From a bacterium (GTDB taxonomy: Bacteria; Zhuqueibacterota; Zhuqueibacteria; Zhuqueibacterales; Zhuqueibacteraceae), in the NCBI GenBank assembly GCA_044869275.1, contig JBIOXB010000092.1, positions 1-56,812 on the forward strand: a stretch of DNA of 56,812 nucleotides, read 5' to 3'. The notes beneath the pieces are model-generated. The model was given only the letters and a program-made list of their open reading frames with translations. It had not been told where the DNA came from and searched no databases. The translations under genes were made by a program, and so were the position numbers. Of this stretch, positions 52,001 to 56,812 are shown in pieces; within the stretch, counting starts at the first letter, position 1, and every line of letters begins with the position of its first letter.

Positions 52001-54445
52001 ATGCTTCTCAAACGCAATCAACCGGTGCTTCTCTCTATTTTCACACTCTGCGTGATATTCGTTTTGGCGAGTGTTCATGTGCTTGATCTGCAAGCCCAAA
52101 ACCTTGCGCAGAGCTCGACCTCACAGGAGACAGCCTCCTATCCGAGCTTGCAGCCCGACCAATTCATGACCAAATGGTTGGTCTTGGGGCCGCTGCCGGT
52201 TTCCAAAGAGAAACCCAAACCCGAAGATCAAGCCACGCAGAAAAAGTCCTTCGCTGCTGAGCTGATCGAACACGAGTTCGCAACCCTCGCCGTCGGCGCA
52301 AGCCAGCAAATTGGCGAGAAAAAATACGAATGGCGTTTCGTGCAAGCCACGGACGAGATCGTGGATTTGACACAAACCTTGGGCGATTCCGACTTCGTCA
52401 TTGCCTATGCGTGGGCAGAAATCAACGCGCCGGAGGCTACGACCGCGCTCATGGCGCTGGGCAGCGATGACGGTGTCAAAGTCTGGTTGAATGGACAACT
52501 GGTTCACGAGAACTGGATCGGACGACCGGTGGTCAAAGACAACGATCTCTTTCCCCTATCGTTTAAAAAAGGGAAGAATCAACTCCTGCTCAAAGTTCAA
52601 GATATGCAACAGGCCTGGGGATTTTGCTGCCGCGTCATCGGGCCGGCGTTGTTTACGGAGAAATTAGCCTCCTTTGCGGCGCAGGGCAATCTCGATGCGC
52701 TGCAACTGCTTTTGTCGCACGGCGCCGAAGTCAACAACAAAACCAAATCCGGCCAGACTTCATTGCATGCCGCCCAAATCCATGGTCGTGAAGGCGCTGC
52801 CAAAATGCTGTTGGAAAAAGGCGCAAATCCGAAGATCAAAATGCCGGCGACGGAAGTGCTCGTCGACGCACTCTTCACCGACGCGATCACCGGAGATTCT
52901 CCCGGCGCGGCAGTGTTGGTGGCGCAAAACGGCAAAATTATTTACCAGAAAGGATTCGGGTTCGCGAATCTCGAAAACCGCGTGCCGGTTACGCTGGAAA
53001 CAAAATTTCGCATCGGCTCCATCACCAAGCAATTTACGGCCGCGGCAATTTTGAAACTGCAAGAAGCCGGTTTGTTGAGCGTTCAGGATACGCTATCGAA
53101 ATTCATTCCGGATTATCCTCGCGGCAATGAAGTGACCATTCACCATCTGCTCACGCACACTTCCGGCATCCACAGCTACACCGACAAGCCGAATTTCCTG
53201 CAAACTGTCACGGTGGAAACCAAGCCGGAGAGTTTGATCGCGAGTTTTAAAAACGACAAGTATGATTTCGACCCCGGCACGCAATGGCGCTACAACAACT
53301 CCGCCTATTTTCTGCTCGGATACTTGGTCGCCAAAACCGCGAATGAATCATACGATGACTATCTCAAGAAAAATTTCTTTGTACCACTCAACATGAGGGA
53401 TACGGGCGTCCATCACTGGAGCGAAATTCTCGCGCACGAGGCGACCGGATATTCCTACCTCGATCGCAAGTTTCAAAAAGCACAGAATTGGGATATGTCA
53501 CGGGCCGGAGGCGCGGGTGCGCTATACTCGACGGTGACTGATCTCTTCCGTTGGAACGAAGCGGTGTTCCATGGCAAAGTGTTGAGTGAAAAAAACCTGA
53601 CTGCCGCCTTTACGCCCGCCACGCTCAAGGATGGCAGCAAGCCCCAAGCGATCGGCGGGGGATATGGCTATGGGTGGGTCATTAGTGAATTTCGTGGAAT
53701 AAAAGAAATTTCCCACGGCGGTGGGCTGCACGGCTTCGTCACCAATTTGGCGCGTTATCCCGAGCACAACATGACGATTACGGTTTTGACGAATTGCGCT
53801 CCGGCACGCGAAGTGAATCCCGGCGCGTTCACGCGTGAAATTGCGCAGATTTATCTGTGGGAGAAGATGGCGAGCCAGGAATCTTTTTCCACCGACACGA
53901 CGGTCGATCCCAAGCTTTACGATGGCTATGTGGGAAAGTATGAATACCCCGGCGGCGCGATTTTGACCGTCACGCGAGACGGCAACAAGCTCTTCGCCCA
54001 ATTAACCGGCCAGCCGCAGTTCGAAATCTTTCCCCGTTCCGCGACGGAGTTTTTCTGGAAAGCGGTTGATGCCCAAATCACCTTCGTGAAAAATGAAAAG
54101 GGTGAAGTCATTCACGGCCTTCATCATCAAGGCGGGCAAGCGCTCACGGTTCCAAAACTCAAGGAAGAAACACCTGCCAAGATTGATCCGGCGGTTTATG
54201 GCGCGTATGTGGGCGAATATGAGCTTGCGCCCAATGCGATCATGACGATCACCCAGGAAGGTGAGCAATTGTTTGTGCAGTTAACCGGCCAACCGAAATT
54301 TGAAGTCTTTCCACGTTCGGAGACCGAGTTCTTCTTGCAGGTGGTGAAGGCCGATATCAAATTTGTCAAGGACGAGGCCGGCAAAGCCGCCAGTCTTGTT
54401 TTGAAGCAGGGCGGCGCGGAGCAAACAGCGAAGAGGATAAAGTAA
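52001..54445 (+). CDS. secreted serine hydrolase (beta-lactamase family) with N-terminal beta-sandwich, ankyrin-like repeats and two C-terminal DUF3471-like repeats
   Basis: Signal peptide; GSDDGVKVWLNG; GQTSLHAA; GSITK, LLTHTSG, YNN, HGG; duplicated YVGxYE..QLTGQP.FE.FPRS. Confidence 0.9.
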   Translation: MLLKRNQPVLLSIFTLCVIFVLASVHVLDLQAQNLAQSSTSQETASYPSLQPDQFMTKWLVLGPLPVSKEKPKPEDQATQKKSFAAELIEHEFATLAVGASQQIGEKKYEWRFVQATDEIVDLTQTLGDSDFVIAYAWAEINAPEATTALMALGSDDGVKVWLNGQLVHENWIGRPVVKDNDLFPLSFKKGKNQLLLKVQDMQQAWGFCCRVIGPALFTEKLASFAAQGNLDALQLLLSHGAEVNNKTKSGQTSLHAAQIHGREGAAKMLLEKGANPKIKMPATEVLVDALFTDAITGDSPGAAVLVAQNGKIIYQKGFGFANLENRVPVTLETKFRIGSITKQFTAAAILKLQEAGLLSVQDTLSKFIPDYPRGNEVTIHHLLTHTSGIHSYTDKPNFLQTVTVETKPESLIASFKNDKYDFDPGTQWRYNNSAYFLLGYLVAKTANESYDDYLKKNFFVPLNMRDTGVHHWSEILAHEATGYSYLDRKFQKAQNWDMSRAGGAGALYSTVTDLFRWNEAVFHGKVLSEKNLTAAFTPATLKDGSKPQAIGGGYGYGWVISEFRGIKEISHGGGLHGFVTNLARYPEHNMTITVLTNCAPAREVNPGAFTREIAQIYLWEKMASQESFSTDTTVDPKLYDGYVGKYEYPGGAILTVTRDGNKLFAQLTGQPQFEIFPRSATEFFWKAVDAQITFVKNEKGEVIHGLHHQGGQALTVPKLKEETPAKIDPAVYGAYVGEYELAPNAIMTITQEGEQLFVQLTGQPKFEVFPRSETEFFLQVVKADIKFVKDEAGKAASLVLKQGGAEQTAKRIK

Positions 54446-54628
54446 GATGCCACACCGGATTTCCAGACAAGCTGGAACGACATCCCGACTTATTCGGGAC
54501 AAAACACAAAATCCAAGAATGGTTTTGAGCTTTGGATTTTGGATTTCTTTGCTCGGAAAGCACAGATTTCACTTGTAGTTGTTGGTTTTCATGTTCTTCA
54601 AATGGTCATGCGCAGAAATAGTGAGGCT

Positions 54629-54724
54629 ATGATGAAGGCAAATATTGTGGAGCTTGCCCCGAGGCGGGTTGCGAGCGTCCGCGCCCTCAGTGAAACGCCT
54701 GGCGAGAAAGGAGAGAAAGTATGA
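54629..54724 (+). pseudogene. N-terminal fragment resembling a GyrI-like effector-binding domain
   Basis: GAGG RBS; MMKANIVELAPRRVASVRALSETP, then a stop overlapping the next ATG. Confidence 0.4.
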
Positions 54725-55356
54725 AGCAAAATAACTTTATTGCCGTTTTGCCCTTTGGTGCAATTCTGTTTGCACTGACGTTGCTCGGTGCGGAATCGGT
54801 CCTCGCGCATTGTGACGGCATGGATGGCCCGGTGGTCAAAGCCGCGCAAAAAGCGCTCGAGACCGGCAACGTGAATGGCGTTTTGATTTGGGTGCAGAAA
54901 AAAGATGAAGCCGAAATCAGAAGAGCGTTCGAGCAAACCTTGGCCGTGCGAAAACTGAGCCCGGCAGCCAAAGAGCTGGCCGACATGTATTTCTTCGAAA
55001 CCCTGGTTCGCGTTCATCGTGCCGGGGAAGGCGCGCCGTATACGGGTTTAAAGCCCGCCGGCCGCGATCTTGGCCCCGCCATTCCTGCGGCAGACCAAGC
55101 GCTCAAGACTGGTGCAGCAGAGCCGTTGCTGAAGCTCTTGCAGGACACGATGCACAAGGGCATTCACGAAACATTTGCCCAGGCCATGGGCAAAAAGAAT
55201 TTTGATCAAGACAATATCGAAGCTGGACGCGAGTATGTGAAAGCTTATGTGGAATTCATTCATTATGTCGAACGGCTCCATGAAGCTGCCGCGAAGCCGG
55301 CGCAAGGGCATGCGCATGAAACCAATAACCGCGAAATGCCTCACGAAGAGCCATAG
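54721..55356 (+). CDS. secreted conserved protein (DUF6448-like)
   Basis: Signal peptide; HCDGMDGPVV, FFETLVRVHRAGEGAPYTGLKP. Confidence 0.8.
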   Translation: MKQNNFIAVLPFGAILFALTLLGAESVLAHCDGMDGPVVKAAQKALETGNVNGVLIWVQKKDEAEIRRAFEQTLAVRKLSPAAKELADMYFFETLVRVHRAGEGAPYTGLKPAGRDLGPAIPAADQALKTGAAEPLLKLLQDTMHKGIHETFAQAMGKKNFDQDNIEAGREYVKAYVEFIHYVERLHEAAAKPAQGHAHETNNREMPHEEP

Positions 55357-55517
55357 ATGTAGCGTTGAATTGAGCCAAGGCCAAGACAGAAGAATGAAGG
55401 ACAGAAAGATGGCAACAGATCTCTTGCCCGGAGACGGGATGTGACGGGAGAGGGCAAACGACAAATATTTTTCTGTTCTGCATCTTTCTGTCCTCTGCTT
55501 TTTTGCAGAAACACGAT

Positions 55518-56231
55518 ATGAAGGCAACCGATGCCATTCTAAACTGGCTGCTGGAGGGTGACCCAGCGATTCGCTGGCAGGCGCTGCGCGATCTGTGTGG
55601 CGCAGGGGAGGCGAAGATTCTTAGAGAACGAAAGAAAATTGCCTGCTTCGCTAAAACACAGCGAAACGTGCGTCGCCGGAATGGTTCTGTCCATTCTCGC
55701 TTATTTCGATTTTCACGATGAACGCCTCGAAAAGCTGGTGCGCATCTCTATGCGCAACAAATGCTGGATGGCGGATGGAATTGCAAATCCTATGATGGAG
55801 CGACGCACAGTTCATTTCATACGACCATCAGTGTCTTGGAAGGTCTACGCGAATACGAAAAACGCCGTCCTTCCGAAATCGCGGCACGGAGCCAGAAGCG
55901 CGGCGTTGAGTTCCTACTGGTGCACAGGCTCTTTCGATCGCATCGCACCGGCGCAGTTGTCGATTCGAAAATGACACGCTTCTCGTTCCCACCGCGGTGG
56001 CGCTATGACCTCATGCGCGCGCTGGATTATTTTCAAGCATGCAATGTGCTCCGCGATCCTCGTCTGGAGGAGGCCATTGCCAAGATCAAAAAAAAGCGCA
56101 GCGCAGACGGCACGTGGCTGCTGCAAAGCAAACATGCGGGCAGAACCTTCTTTGAAATGGAGAATATAGGAAAGCCAAGCCGCTGGAATACCTTGCGCGC
56201 ACTGCGCATTTTGAAATGGTATGAACGATGA
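55518..56231 (+). pseudogene. frameshifted/deleted prenyltransferase (squalene-cyclase-like fold) gene
   Basis: Pieces in different frames: WLLEGDPAIRWQ, SETCVAGMVL, DGGWNC..SSFHTT..FPPRWRYD..PSRWNTLRAL. Confidence 0.7.
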
Positions 56232-56270
56232 AGAACCGCTGGTTGTGCGATTGGCTCATGGAGAAGATCA

Positions 56271-56654
56271 ATGATACTCCGCTACACCTTTGCCTGGCTC
56301 ATCTTGGTTGTTGCCGCGATTCTCAACGGCGCTCTCCGCGAGGCGGTTTACAAAAACGCTCTGGGCGAATTGCGCGCGCATCAATTTTCCACGCTTACCG
56401 GCATCATCTTGTTCGGCGTGATCATTTGGGCCTTGAGCCGTTTGTGGCCGTTGCCCTCAGCCAGACAGGCCTGGAGCGTGGGCTGCCTCTGGCTGGCCAT
56501 GACGATTGCATTTGAATTCCTCTTCGGGCATTTCGTGGCGGGACATGCCTGGAGCAAGCTCTTTCACGATTACAACATTTTGGCAGGTCGCGTGTGGCTG
56601 CTCGTGCTGGTCTGGACGGCGATTGCGCCTTATGTGTTTTACAAATTGAGATAA
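56271..56654 (+). CDS. hypothetical membrane protein
   Basis: GGAG RBS; AILNGALRE, TIAFEFLFGH, YNILAGRVW. Confidence 0.75.
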   Translation: MILRYTFAWLILVVAAILNGALREAVYKNALGELRAHQFSTLTGIILFGVIIWALSRLWPLPSARQAWSVGCLWLAMTIAFEFLFGHFVAGHAWSKLFHDYNILAGRVWLLVLVWTAIAPYVFYKLR

Positions 56655-56812
56655 CACGAGTGGATCGAGAATCTGATTGGTGCTGACTCAACTTTCTGAG
56701 TTCGTGTTTTGAGGCTGTAAAAATAGGCCTGCGGCGACACTCATTAGATCGTCAATTAATTGCGTCAAAAGTTTTTCACCAAGCTCCCATCGCTGTCTCA
56801 ACCGTTCAATCA

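Overview
Bacterial chromosomal window, probably from an FCB-group organism (KSB1/Calditrichota/Ignavibacteria-like; inferred from the QNYPNPFNP secretion tail and the intergenic repeat style). Positions 6-2633 hold what reads as a complete, cargo-carrying IS110-family bridge-recombinase element on the minus strand. It has a DEDD+Ser recombinase and an internal ~156-nt structured RNA whose four loop segments match both element ends and both target flanks. A 3-nt TCC core sits at both junctions, and a -35/17/-10 promoter forms only when the ends are joined. The element also carries two accessory ORFs (a Zn-finger protein and a replication-initiator-like winged helix) and three 19-bp iteron-like repeats. 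The rest (2.7-56.7 kb, almost all on +) is an anaerobic energy and amino-acid metabolism region. It includes hypA-F-C-D-E, radical SAM, MvhD-like, gltA, tnaA-like, HybA/HybB-like, gdhA, ferredoxin, a heme-c sensor kinase with a GcvH-like response regulator, Lon-like protease, IorAB-like, asnA, mdh, ptb/buk, a Met-gamma-lyase-like enzyme, M1 peptidase, adh, gap, PfpI, an Fe-S oxidoreductase, PP2C/STAS and a serine hydrolase. The region is interspersed with gene remnants, periodic palindromic intergenic repeats and four candidate sigma54-type promoters sharing a TTCYCA-N4-TGRGAA operator. No rRNA, tRNA or CRISPR array was recognised.
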